A DNA stretch of 64,000 bases from Eledone cirrhosa (GCA_964016885.1 OZ024740.1:261888001-261952000), one strand, 5' to 3'; positions 47,258 to 61,503 are shown, counted from the first letter of the stretch. Notes: a model not told the origin generated them from the sequence alone. A program made the numbers and translations.

Positions 47258-47665
47258 CAACGAAAAATCAGTGATGCATCTGAACTCAATTTATAGTGTG
47301 TTACAATCGTTTCGCCGGCAGACAGCTCGAGACACGATCATTGTGTGGATCTGTCTGATTCTGGATCAGCAGGTTCGTCGGACACTTCTAATAATTTCGG
47401 ATCAAATTTTCTCACTGTGGAGTAAGCATAAAAAAACATCAACTTCGCTCGTCCTGTTATTATAGCAGGACGAGCGAAGTGGATGTTTTTTTACGCTAAC
47501 ACCCCAGTGAGAAAATTTTATCCGAAATTATTAGAAGTGTCCGACGAACCTGCAGATCCAGAATCAGACAGATCCACACAATGATCGTGTCTCGAGCTCT
47601 CTGCCAGCGAAACGATTGTAACACACAATAAATTGAGTTCAGATGCTTCACTGATGTTTCGTTTT
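47258..47665. repeat. ~400-bp palindrome; each arm carries a CCGACGA hammerhead-like motif
   Basis: Centre ~47460. Right arm: gtgt-CCGACGA-..-GAAA-cgattGTA-acac (47537-47624), then AATAAA. Confidence 0.88.
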
Positions 47666-47866
47666 ATATTATATCACACACTGCTCTGTAAGAATATAGA
47701 GTGCTCAACCGGCATACCGCCTATGGAAGCATCATAGCTACCATCAGACACACACACATTTATACATAGATATATTTATACGTGTATATATTGGTGTATA
47801 TATTGGCAAAGTAAAAAACAAAAACAATAGCAAGGAGTGCAGTTACGGACAGTGTTGGTATTAGGT

Positions 47867-47950
<84 letters not shown>

Positions 47951-48102
47951 AAAGAGAGAGAGAGAGAGAGATTTTGAGTATATGCTGGTTGTATACCAAC
48001 ACCCCAGTATGCAGGCTAGAGCACTCGACGTAGTGCGCAGGTTGGTTTGGTTACTCCGGAGTAATGTAAAATAATTTATTTCATATATATATATATATAT
48101 TT

Positions 48103-48172
<70 letters not shown>

Positions 48173-48220
48173 TTATATATATATATATATTTTATTTTAT
48201 ATATATATATATATATATAT

Positions 48221-48266
<46 letters not shown>

Positions 48267-48713
48267 ACCTAATACCAAGGATTCCTCTTGCAGTACGTAC
48301 AATCTGGACACTCACACACCCCTTGGTGTTATGACAATACTATATATCATTTAATGTTTTTGATGTTCTCTTGAGAGAATCGATTTTGCTGAAAATATCG
48401 AATAATGTACACCATTTTTACCAATATCACAAAAATACTGGTCCACCCACACACACACACACACACACATACACATATATACACACACACACACACACAT
48501 ACACATATATACACACACACACACATATACACACACACATACACTAACATACAAAGAGACATATACACACACATACACACACTTCTCCGTATAAGACAAG
48601 AGCTGAAAAATATCTTTCAACATGTTAAAATATCACCAACACACGTACAGACACATTCCTACTGTCCGATCCCTCTACCACGAATTACTCTGCTACACAC
48701 ACACACACATACA

Positions 48714-48792
<79 letters not shown>

Positions 48793-49359
48793 ACATATTT
48801 GTCTTAATAGGCACCTGAACTGTTGACCTTTCAACATGACTGTAATTCACACACATCCCTACTGACCATTATCACAACAATGAACCTCTTTACACACATA
48901 TTTGTCTTAAAAGACTTATTTTTCAGTGACTTCTCAATCAGGCGAAAAAGGACACTCTTCGACAAACCTACATTTGGCGTAAAATCAATTTTTAACATTC
49001 ACGTGACCTCTACCGACCAATCAAAATTGTTTTGACCACAAGAATTTTTGCAACACGAATTGGCGCGAAACTTATTTTAATACCTCTGGAGCCACTTTTT
49101 TCACATAAAACAGGTAGAATTTCCAAAACTAATCAGATTAGAGCAAACATCACGGGCGCTCTATCTCAAAATTATTTTTGAAAAGCATTAGAAATGCGTA
49201 ACCGGTAAAAACTTAAAACTAAAACTGAATACTAACCAATACTTATTACTAATTTTTACTTATTCTTAATTAAACTATTTTTCACTGGGAACAATTTGTC
49301 AGCATTTTCTTTTCCTTTTACCAATATATCACAACTCGTGTGTTACACCTCTATTCTTT

Positions 49360-49430
<71 letters not shown>

Positions 49431-49941
49431 TTTATGTATATATATATATATAAGCATATATATATATATATGTGTGTGTGTCTGTGTGTGTGAGTGTGTG
49501 TGTACATATAAATATATATATGTATGTGTGTATATATATGTATATGTAGTTATACATAGACACACACACACATATATATATATATATGGGGTTGTGTATA
49601 CATATAACGTAATTTTAAATGTTACTTTTTGTCATCTAATCCTTCACTTCTGAAGTTAAATTTATGAAAGGCTTGTTAGCTCAATTGGTTATCACCACAT
49701 GTGAACGTCGTTGATTAGTGTCCTATATTTCTGACTTTCGATTTACTTCTTTTGTTTTATGCTTATATTATATAGCTCTAGCGATATTGCATTGGCAATA
49801 TCGCTAGAGCGTCGGTCAATATGCTTTGCACCAAAGACTTTACCTTCTAAATTCAAATCCCAACGAGGTTAGCTTTGACGGGTCGATAAAATAAAATAAC
49901 AGTATCGCAGTCACAAGGAAGTGAGACTTAGAGAAAGAATG

Positions 49942-49986
<45 letters not shown>

Positions 49987-50149
49987 ATCGAGTTTTGAAG
50001 ATTGAAGGGGTGGTGAGTTGTAGTGAGACGTAAAATAAGGAAGATATTTGGAAGGAAAAGGGGACTACAAAGCAGATAGATGGGAAAAAGAAGGAGAGAT
50101 GTAGTGGAATGTGCGTTTTTGTTGGACTTTCATCAGTTCTGAGGGCGAG

Positions 50150-50425
50150 TGTTCCAATTGTATGACCAAAGGAAATTTACCTGCAAGTGCCCGGGCATTC
50201 CACAGATACGCCTCCACTAAATGCAGCTCACGTAGAGATTCATCGTGACACAATGTTTGAAAAGGCTGACCGTTTGAATCAAGGGTGCAACTCATTTTTA
50301 CCAGCTGAATTGACTGGGGCAACGGGAAATAAAGTGTCTTGCTCCAACACACATGACGCCGTCAGAAATCAAACTCACTTCCTTACAATCATGAGCCGAA
50401 TACCCTAACCATTAAGCCACCTACC
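50150..50425 (-). mobile_element. tRNA-derived SINE (second family)
   Basis: aagtgtcttgctc..gaaatcaaactcac..taccctaaccattaagccac. Relatives occur at 58370-58700 (-) and 60430-60780 (+). Confidence 0.7.
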
Positions 50426-50629
50426 TACATTAGCTTCTTCACCATATAACTGCAATCTTCGTTCTACTACTATGCGCATTACGTATTAATAGTATATTTA
50501 AAATATAAAAATGTCTGAAACGCCTTGAAATAATACGCATAATATGCATAATAAAATATTAAGAACAGATCTAAAATCTACATAAAAAGGAATAGTTCAC
50601 TTTTTCTAAATACTGCTTAGTATTATTAT

Positions 50630-50840
50630 CATTAATCGCTAAGGGCTGTGGATTGTTTTGTGGCATTTAATTATGACCCTTTACATTCTGAGTTCAAATC
50701 TCGTTGAAGATAACTTTTTCTTTCATTATGCTGGGTCAATAAAATAATGTACTCGTCAAACAATAAGATCGATTTAATCGATTTTCACTTCCCGTAAAAA
50801 ATTGCTGGCCTTGTGCCTAAATTAAAAACCATTATCATTA
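50630..50840 (+). mobile_element. SINE (first family)
   Basis: ttctgagttcaaatc..gatcgatttaatcga..gctggccttgtgcctaa. Further copies near 49795-49900, 51070-51180 and 60250-60370. Confidence 0.7.
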
Positions 50841-52394
50841 AGAAGTAGAGATGATGGATTGGAAGAACCGGTGGAGTTCCTAACGAATGCATTGGATTGA
50901 ATGAATGCATTAAAATGTAGGGTCGGTTTAGTCAACCGTTTTATTCCTCAAATGTGTGACGTACGACTATGTTAGAAATTATAGTTATTAACAAGACAGT
51001 GAAGTACCATTATAGATAGAACTCCGGGCAAGTTTCTTTAAATTATTTAGTTACCTTTCCATATACTTTACATCATTCTGAGTTCAATAAAGCAAGTGTC
51101 AGCCAAGTACTGACGTCGAATTAATCGAATTTATTCTACCCGGAAATTTGTGGTCTTATGTCAATGTTTGAAATTGTTATTCTGAATACTACGTAAAGCT
51201 AATCGCTAATCAAGTGATTTGAACATTTGATGTCTAGCCTTTAGGCATTCATGTGTATATGTTTGATAACTATCGAAAGAGTTATTATTGAAACCAACAA
51301 AGAAAAACTTTGAACACCATATATATATATATGAATTATAGCACCAACAAAAGTCACGTGATCTTATTTCATGCACGGATTTAATGATTCGCCTTTCGAT
51401 TCTGCGACTAGTCTAATAAATGTCAATTTGAAATAAAAAGAAAAACGTGTTGTCACTTTTAAAGTGATAATTAGTGAACAGAGAGGACAATTTAACGCTG
51501 ATTTAATAAGAATTTGATATCGCAGCAGAAAATGCCTAAAAATCTTAATTGATAATAACCCGCCATTTTGTTTGTATATATATTACCATTTTTCTTTTTC
51601 GTTTAAATGGTATTTCAAGCGTTTCCTTTCATTTGTTTCTAATTTTTTGCGACATTATTCCTTTCTTTTTTCTTTTCTTCCAAATTATCGACTAATCTCT
51701 TAATAAAAGCATATGAAATGAAAATTTGAAACAAAACTCTTCTTCTTTGTTTTTTTTTTGTTTTCCACCACCTACTGTCTCGTCTTTTTTCTTTCCCCAT
51801 CTCTCTCTCTCTCCGAGTTGAGAACTGAAAGCATTCAGCGAGTTGGAAATCACGTTTTTCTTTTAATAATTTTCATTTAAAAATTGCTTGAGTTATTGGG
51901 GTATCGGTATTAAATCCTTCAACATTTCTTCCTGCCGAAGACGGCGTTGTCATTCACCCTTTCGGGGTCGATGATGAAAGAACCAGCTCAGGGAGTGGGG
52001 TGGATTAGCAATAAATATTAATGCGGTGGTATCTAATCCACCTGTGCGTTCTGAGTTAAAACACCTTCTCATCTTGCCAAGAGTCATAAATGACAGATAG
52101 TATCCACAATAAAAAGACCAATAAAAATATTATTTCTATGATAGGCCTTTTCATTTCAATTACGAAAATCATAAAATCATTCAAATGGGGGTGTTGGGAG
52201 GACAAATAGTAGTTTGTATCTTTCCTTCTTTTCAAAGAGAATTAGAATGGTCCATTCAAAATGATTTCTCGACACTTTATAATATAAATATATATATATT
52301 ATAAAATGTCGAGGAATCTTCATATATATATATATATATATTTTATAAATATAATTTCCATTTATTTAATAGCATTGATATATATATATATATC

Positions 52395-52501
<107 letters not shown>

Positions 52502-52572
52502 AGGACTATCCAGGAAAAACTTGAACCGTTAAACTCTTCCTGTATATACCAATATTTATAAAACAAACTTTG

Positions 52573-52634
52573 TATTTTATCTGATGAATGCGTACAAAAG
52601 TTTTGGGCATCCTTGAAATATATATAATAGAATA
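52573..52634 (+). ncRNA. Hammerhead motif (family B)
   Basis: tattttat-CTGATGA-atgc..gcatcctt-GAAA-tatatATA-atagaata; stem II is partly eroded. Confidence 0.6.
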
Positions 52635-53226
52635 AATATGAACCGAAAAAATGAAACGAAATTTCATTTCCCACTCTTAGTACGGCTGTTACTTAAATAT
52701 AAGTATGTACACGTACATACATATATGTATACGGACGTACAGTAGTATGTATATATATATATATATATATACATACATGCACACATATATATATATGTAC
52801 GTATGGTTTCACCGAACATTTATTATAATGCTCGGTGTGTTTGTAAACAAACTTCCTGTATTAAGCCGTAGTGTCCAGCAACCATCGTTGCTCGTTTGTC
52901 CAACACTGACAAAGGAACGCTGTACTAGTTTCAAGCTTATTAGCTATCGTCAGCAACGTATACCTTCCTGCCAGATTGTTGAACGTATATACTTACCTTA
53001 TGCATATTAACGGCTGAATAGAATAAATATGGTTTTATAAATATAGTTTCAATTTATTTAATATCATTGATATTATACTACAGAAAACTTGTCGAGTGCT
53101 TCGAATCAGTTATAAACATATATATTTGTTGAATTACCAACAAATTAAATATCCCTTTTGCTTCAAATTACTGTTGGTTCACCACAGTGAACACTCAATG
53201 TGGAGTGCTCAGTATATACTTCGGGG

Positions 53227-53514
53227 CAGGGTCGGCGCCACCATATAGGTAAACTAGGCAGCCGCACAGGGCGCTGATTTCAGGGGATGCATTTCTCCTA
53301 TTCAACAATTTTGGTAAATAAATAAAAAAATAGATTTCAATTATATTCAAGGTCATTTTTTTAATTCTAGTTTAATTTCATACAAGGACAAATAAATGTT
53401 CAACAAATAAAAAAAAAAACTTACTGTTTATAAATTTTGAAATTGGTATTTTCCTGGGGAAGGCGCCAGAATGTAACCTTGCCTAGGGTGCCAGATATTC
53501 TGGCACCGGCTCTG
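53227..53514. mobile_element. hAT-type MITE
   Basis: TIRs cagggtcggcgcca / tggcaccggctctg and 8-bp TSD cttcgggg / ctttgggg. Confidence 0.8.
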
Positions 53515-53551
53515 CTTTGGGGTTGTACTAAGCTGAGTGTAATATTGATAA

Positions 53552-53815
53552 TTAGTATGAACGAGGTGTCAAAATTTCATTAAGTTTATTCATGTGTGAC
53601 GCGCGTTTCGCGATTGATCAGCTCAAGGTTTGATCTCTATAGATCGGGGCCGAATCTGGAATCTAAGGCTCATCAGATTTCTGTTAGCTTAATGATGGGC
53701 TTGTGATTCCAGAATTGGATCCGATCAATAGAGATCTAACCTTGAGCTAATCAATCGCGAAACGTGCATCATACCTGAATAAACTTAATGTAAATTTCAC
53801 ACCTCGTCTATACTT
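53552..53815. repeat. Palindrome of family-C-related HHR ends
   Basis: Centre ~53683. Minus arm: CTGATGA-gc..gc-GAAA-cgcgcGTC (53598-53676). Confidence 0.8.
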
Positions 53816-53910
53816 ATTATATATAAATATATATATATTTGTATAATAAAATAAATAGAGATGGATTGAAGTAACTGTCTTTTGGTTATTATTATTATTA
53901 TTGTTATTGT

Positions 53911-54234
53911 TATTCCTTGAATCTCAGTCATTGATGTTGGTTAACTGGAAAGTCCGTTGGATTGAATATCAAGCCACTACCTGCAGCCTCAGATATTCAG
54001 GACGTATCGGAGGGTTCTTGCCGTTCCAAGCAAGCATGCCTTTTGAAGCGTTCCAAAAAGCGTGAAGGGGCCGATTTTCTTTAACCATCCCTGGAAACCT
54101 TTGGAGATAGTCCCCAGTGCGCCTATGACAATCGGGATCACTTTGACTTCATGGCAGTTCCAAATCCTTTTCACCTCCCACTTTAGGTCCTGGTATCGGT
54201 TAATTTTCTCCCTCTCCTTCTCTTGCACTCTCGT
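53911..54234 (-). mobile_element. Dong/R4-type RLE element 3' fragment in (TAA)n (family TAA-1)
   Basis: EREKINRYQDLKWE..VIPIVIGALG..QKACLLGTARTLRYVL; TAA arrays on both sides. Confidence 0.88.
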
Positions 54235-54257
54235 AATTATTATTATTATTATTATTA

Positions 54258-57200
54258 CAGCTGCATTTATCTTGCTTTATGTTCATACGAGTTATCACCA
54301 AGTCACAACCAGTGACCTCAAGTGACAACAAGGTCCGCCGTGTTCAAGAAAGAACATACATACTCACACATGCATCTTTAGGTGTTTAGACTTGTGATGT
54401 ACTTATATTGACAGAATCTTCCTTAGTATATGGGCAGTTCCCATTAGTATTATCTTTTGTATTTCTCCTATACGCGGGTTTCCTGGGATAAGTAATCATT
54501 AGACCCCTTAGGTACCATTCCTAGAGCGCCTACAACCACTGGTATTGTTTTAGTTCTCAATTCCCACATTTTTCCAATTTCTATCTCCAGGTCCTTATAC
54601 TTGCTCAATTTTTCAAATGTTTTTATAGATACATTCTTGTCTATTGGAACGGACACATCAGTTAGCAGGCATACCCTCTTTTTAAAGTCCTTCAATATTA
54701 TATCAGGTCTATTTGCATCTATTTTTCGGTCTGTTTGGATGCTAGAGTGCCACAAGATTGAGATGTGATCTTTTTCAAGTATGGGAGGTGGTTGATGCTC
54801 CCACCAATTCTTTTGATGGGGCAGGTCAAAATGCTTACACATTATCCAATGTATGTATTGTGCAGCTCTGTCATGCCTGTTTAGGTATTCGGTTGGAGCT
54901 ATAGGACTGCACATTGAAATTATATGGTCAATGGTCTCTGGTTGTTTTTTACATACACAGCATAATGGGCTGCATCCATTTTTTGTTATGTTGGCTTGGT
55001 AATTTTTGTTGGCAGACACTGATCTTGTGCTGATATAATCAGTCCTTCAGTCTCCGATTTCAGTCCAGAGGATGCCAACCACTGATGGGTTACATCAGGA
55101 TTGTTAGCTCGTTCTGGGTATTTTCCATACAGAGGCTTTTCTTGCCATTTCTTAGCCAGTTTCTGTAGCAGTTCTTTCTTTGCAGTTACTTTTACCTGCT
55201 TTGCTTTTTCTGTGTTCTCCATTTCAGCAGTAAATGGGACTTCCGAAATTTGTAGTCCATTACTGTATCTTTGTGCATCTTTTGTAATGGAGTATGATCT
55301 TTTGATGTTTTCGTGTTTCAAAACGAGATTGATCATCCAATCATGTGATTCCCTTAGATATGTAGATAATCCAATTGTTGCAGTTTTCAACGCAATGTCT
55401 AACTGGATTAACCCACGTCCTCCTTCTTTCCTAGGGAGATATATTCTATCTGTATCTGCCTTAGGGTGATGCATTCTGTGCATGGTTAAGAATTTTCGAA
55501 TGTTTGTATCGAGCCTACGGATCTCTGTGCTTGACCAGTTGATGACATTGTAACTGTAGGTTACTACTGGTATGGCAAGCGTGTTTATGGCATCGATCCT
55601 ATTCCTTGCATTCAATTCCGTTCTTAAGATTGCTCTTACTCTGCGGTAACATTCCTTCCTTATCCTTTCCCTCATTGTCGAGTGCTTGATTCCGTCTCCT
55701 TCACAAACACCTAGATATTTGTAAGTTTCTTCTTGATCAAGTTCTCTTATCACATTCCCCCGATCAAGATTAATGTCTGAACTTTTCCGCAGCTTTCCTC
55801 TGGTGAACGTTGATTTGACGCATTTATCTAGTCCAAACTCCATTTTAATGTCATCACTGAACTGCTCCACAGTGGATAATAGCCCTTGCAATTGTTCATC
55901 AGTTTTTGCAAATAGTTTCATGTCATCCATGTAGAACAAGTGATTAATGATTTTGTCATAGACTTTATATCCATGTTTTGTTTCATTGAGCATTTTACTT
56001 AATGGTATACGTGCGATGCAGAATAAAGCGGTGATAAAGAGTCACCCTGAAAAATTCCACAATTGATATTAACTTCTCCAGCTGCCAGTGATTTTGTTTC
56101 ACTATTCAAAAGGAGTGTCGTTTTCCATGTCTTCAAAAACCTCCTGACAACGGGCAATATTTTGAAAATCTCTAAACATTTTTCAATCCAACTGTGTGGC
56201 AAACTATCGAATGCTTTTTTCCAAGCAATTGATAGATTTTTGTGTCTATTATGACAATCGTCCAGTATCATTTTGTTAAACAAAAGCTGATCCTCACAGC
56301 CATATGAGCCTCGTTTACACCCTTTCTGCTCAATGGGAAATAGGTCATTTGTTATCAGGTGGTGATATGTATATTCAGTTAGGACTGATGCTAAAATTTT
56401 ATACATTGTGGTCAAGCAAGTTATCGGTCTGTAATTTTTGGGATTGTTTGTCTCATCATTCTTCGGAAGCAGGAATGTAATGCCGTTAACTAGCCATGAT
56501 GGTAACTTTTCTGGCTCCTTAACTATTTCATTGTAAAGTTGGGCTAACAGCTCATGAGACTCTGTGAAGGCATTTATCCAAAAATTTTGTATTTTTTCTT
56601 TTCAAGGGGATTTCCATTTGCTGGTTTTTCTTAGAGCCAAACGCAACTGTTCAACTGTTATATTTTCCCATATTTGTTCCTCAAGGTGAGCTGTATCTTT
56701 CATTTGTCTGTCTATCCATGGGGCATGTATATTATGAACTTTTTCTTCGGCCCAGATCTTTTCCCAGAATTCTTGCACTTCCTCCTTGGGTGGTATTGAT
56801 TTAGCAGTTATTGTTGACTTACCAATTTTTCTGTAGAAGTTTCTTTGGTTGTTTTTGAACATATTATTGTCCTTATAGAATCTAGATAGTTTTTCAAAGC
56901 GCGTTATACGAGCAGCTTTGGCCGACACTTTTTGCTTGATTATTTCTATCAGCATGTCTATGTCACTTGTTGATTTTATACTGTACTTTCTTTTCAATTT
57001 TCTAAGTTTAGTTTGTTTAACATGTTCACCTACTTTATAGTTTGTTAAAATTTCTTTGTCAGATCGGAGAAGGTTTATTTGACGATTGATGTTCTCTTGC
57101 CAAGTAGATTTCTTGTGGGAATTCCTTTGTTTTTTCATCTTCACTCCACATAAGTGAGTGGTGACTTTAGCCGATGCATAATAGAGATGATTTAAATCAG

Positions 57201-57409
57201 TAATGTTTAGTTTGTTTGTGATGATAATGTTTTTGAGAATTATGTTAGTCTTGTGTATTATCTTTTGGTTCTGTTTGGAGTTCTGGATCTTAGGGAGGGT
57301 GACTCGTTCCCCCATGTCAGATTTTTTCATTTTCATTCATTCGATCATAATTTCATCCTTCAAGTTGGCAAGTTCCTTCTCATTCATTTCTTTATCATTT
57401 ACGATCTCA

Positions 57410-57410
<1 letters not shown>
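54258..57410 (-). mobile_element. Dong/R4-type RLE retrotransposon, 5'-truncated and decayed (family TAA-2)
   Basis: WKSP, EQKGC, GIFQGDSLSP, YMDDMKLF, YKYLGV, CCVC..ETIDHIISMC, NRPDIILKD..DVSVP..K. TAA arrays on both sides. Confidence 0.92.
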
Positions 57411-57477
<67 letters not shown>

Positions 57478-57499
57478 TACACACATACACACACACACA

Positions 57500-57566
<67 letters not shown>

Positions 57567-58907
57567 CACACAATTCCAACTATTATATTTGCGAAAATCT
57601 TTCTGTTAAATAAATAAATATATGAGACATAAACCAATAAAAAACATATATCAGATAACAACAACAAATAAAAAGACGAAAAATGTCTTCTAAACAAATT
57701 TAATGATGCTGTGTCTCGTCTATATAATGTAACCTATTTTGTTATTATTAATGTCAAAATCTCCAATATTAAAGGATGGACGTGAATAAGGAAGACACTT
57801 ATTATTTTTGAAATAATAAGTCGTGTCATTTAAAAAAAAAAGATGGTAAAATGAATAATGAAAAATAAATAAAGTTAACTAATTCCCTAAAGTTTTTAGT
57901 TTTAATATCAAGCAATAAACATTCTCTTGATTCTTTTTCTTTTAAAATATTTTCATTAAAAAAATATAAATTTAAAGACAATTTTTATTGAATTATTGCG
58001 TGCACTTAAAGTCAACGAAGGATGTTTAAGAAATTAAGTGCAAGAGAAATAGTGGAATGTTGAGTAAAAGAGAAAGAGAAAGAGAAAAACAAGGAGATGG
58101 AAATGCAAGAGAGAGAGAGAGGGGGGGGGGGACACAGATAGAAAGAAATAGAAACAGAGGAAGAGTGGGTAGGGAGTAGAGAAAGAGAGGGGAATGGGAG
58201 AGAGACAGAGAGATGGAGGGAGAGAGAGAAATGTAAAAGAATTTAGAAGAAAGAAGGGGAGGAGAGAGATAGTAGAACGTAGAGCAAGAAGGATAGTTTG
58301 AACAGATTGGGTAATACAAATAAAGAGAGAGAGAGAGGGGGGAGAAAGAGAGAGAGAGATAGAGGAGAGTGGAATGTTTTTATTGTTGGACTTCGATTGC
58401 TCTCGACGATGAGTGTTCTCGTAGTTTGATGACGAACGGAACAGCTTTCTCATGAAAACAACGGGCAGGTGTTTGCACATTATGCAGATACGTCTAGCGT
58501 AATTCTCAGGGAGATTCAGCGAGACAGTATATGACAGGATATGACAAGACTAGTCATTTTAATTACGGATATTTTTATCTGTTAAGCGGACTGGAGGAAA
58601 GTGAAATATAGTTCCAAGTGTGCCAGGCCGGATAGCGCCGCCGGAAATCGAACTCACGATCTTACAATCGTGAACCAAACACATATAACCATTAAACTAT
58701 GAAGTTTTACTAGATGAAAGAGGGTTTAAATATGCCGCCTATTGTAATTGTATGTTCTTATATCCTTTTCAAAGTATCTCCTGTTAATGTTTGATATATT
58801 TATGTATATGTCATTCGTTTCTTCCTTAGAGTTTCCCTTTCAGGTGATATGGGGTGTGCTTGAAATTTTTCTGATATGACATCTTTATTCTTGTTAGTAA
58901 TATATTG

Positions 58908-58974
<67 letters not shown>

Positions 58975-59028
58975 TTACAGAAATATGATATATTTTCACT
59001 AGCTCTGACAGTTGGCAGGTAAGCAGTA

Positions 59029-59077
59029 AACTGTACTGATGAAGGGTAATCACCCAGAAACATTAGTGTCTGCAGTT
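59029..59077 (+). ncRNA. Minimal type-I hammerhead ribozyme
   Basis: aactgta-CTGATGA-agggtaatcaccca-GAAA-cattagtGTC-tgcagtt, with a 7-bp stem I. It lies in a ~230-bp island between (TA)n tracts. Confidence 0.8.
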
Positions 59078-60429
59078 CTGTTTACATGCCAACACAAGAA
59101 CGAGAATGAGGGGCTCATTCTACTGACGTGGCTTATAAAAGAGGCTGTTTGCATAATCGCAAACGAATCGAATATTATTATTAATATTCGAAAAACTCAG
59201 ATTACATTTATATATATATACAGAGAGGAAGAAAAGGAAAGAGACAAAAAGATAACGAAACGAATGTGTTTTCTTAAAATTAAAAATGAAAACAATTTGA
59301 AAGTTAATTATATTTCAATATCAGAAATAAAATAGAAAATACACTCCGACCTCAACCATAACAGCAGTAGTAGTAACGACAAAAATAACATCACCTCTAT
59401 CACCACCACCAACAACAATAACAGAAACAAAAGATTCAATTTTATTATGTTTTTTTCTCTTTTGAAGAGATTGTAAGACTCTCGTTTTCCCCGTAGTCGT
59501 TTCTGTACGGACTTATTTCTATTGCGTTATTGAGAGATATTCTTGGACCAATTACTTACACACGAGGAGATTCTCCAGAAAACCAGATTTGTGGATGCTC
59601 TTTATCATTTTAGAGCAGCGTTTCTCAACCTTGTGGAACCCAGCATAAAAATTATTATATAGCGAATATTAATATATATTTCTTACTATAAGAGGTTGAG
59701 CGCTTTATTAAGGATTTACCTACAATACACCGTACGTATATAATAACATTACGAATATAAAACTAAACAAATATTACTAAAAAATGCATTAGCTTAATTA
59801 TCAGTTTCTCGCGGAACCCATAGCGACCGTTCGAGAGTATATATAGAAATAAAATATAAATAGGAATAAAAGACGGTTTATTAGCTTTCTAGCTTATTGT
59901 TCTTAATTAAATAGAAATCTCAGTGATGTTAAAATTTATTTTATAAGTCTCTACTTTCAGAGTTCTGAATGAAATTGCACAGAAGAAAAGTGTTTGGAAG
60001 CCTGCCGATCCTGGAAATTCCGTTCAGCGTATATATGTCTTTGAAATGCTCGGCCACTTATACGTTAACTTCCTGAACAGGCTATTATTCCATTGATCGA
60101 ATAACTGGAGCACTAATGTTCGAAGGCGATGGAGATACATTCCATCTCATTAATACATCCAGTTGTGGCTGTCTCAGTCGTCTAGAGGTAGGTACTAGAG
60201 ACGGTGGAGATCCTTGGGTTCAATCCTGGTCGAGAGGTACATGTAATCTTTTAAATTGCCTTTCACCCTTACGGGGCCGATAAAATAAAGTACCAGTCAC
60301 GCACTGGGGTCGATTTAATCGACTTTCCCTTCCCCCAAAATTGCTAGCTTTGTGCCTATATAAGAAACCATTAATACATCCATTTTGAGACCGAGCCAGT
60401 AAAAGGCTAAGTCGACTCATCTCGCATTA

Positions 60430-60780
60430 TTGAACCATGGCCATATGGTTAAGTAGTTTGATTCTCTATCCTGAGTTCGATCCCACTGTTTGGTATCTTG
60501 GGCACATGCCATTTAACATAGCTTCGAGTCGACCCATGCCGAGTAAGTGAAAGTGAATAGATAGAAACTGTTTGGAAGACCATCAGATGGACTGTACATG
60601 TATTTAAAGGGTCAAGCTCTTCACACATTGTGTCACGCTGAATCTCACTGAGGACTACCTCAAGAGCACACGTTATTGTGGAGTTCTCGGCAACTTGCAC
60701 GTTAATTTCATGAGAAGTTTGTCCCGTTAATCGAGCAACTGTAACATTTATTGTTGAAACCGACGGAAATCCATTCCATT
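60430..60780 (+). mobile_element. tRNA-derived SINE (second family)
   Basis: tggccatatggttaag (A box), gagttcgatccc (B box), tcttgggcacatgcc. Confidence 0.7.
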
Positions 60781-61352
60781 ATTGCTGCTTGGTTTTTACT
60801 CTATTTCTGTACTAATCGATCATTTAATATTGACCTTCATTCTTCTGAACTCAATAAATAAGAATGTTTCTGGCCTTTTGTCTGTATAAAAACTATTTCT
60901 AAGACAGTAGAACACCGCAGATAAAAATACACTTTACAAACTTTAGTGAGATTTTTCTACTGTGCTGCTAAATTACTATCGGTATTTGTTATGGCTATTT
61001 GCCTTTTATCGTTTCGGGATCGACAAATAAATTGCCAGTCCAAGGGAAGGCAATTAACGGAACTGTTAAGTAGACAATCATCATGCTAAATAGTCGAACA
61101 CTGATTAGGCTCTATGTTTGCTTAGTTCAAATCCTTTTGACAGGAGTGACAACCGGCAAATCGTATTAACAATGGAAAGACAAATGGAAACAGTTATTTT
61201 TTTATGTAAGCTGATGATAGTAAATTTTTTCCATTATTTTCTCTTTATGTTCAATGTTGAAATTCCGCCAGTCTCGGCTTTGGATATCCTGCTTGTGGGA
61301 TGGACAAAATCCGAACTAGTCAATTACAGAAGTCGAATAAATCCATTATCTC

Positions 61353-61503
<151 letters not shown>

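Noticed and set aside
59616-59835. hAT/Charlie-like MITE (cagcgtttctcaacc)
   Set aside because: Only one terminal repeat is visible and there is no TSD.
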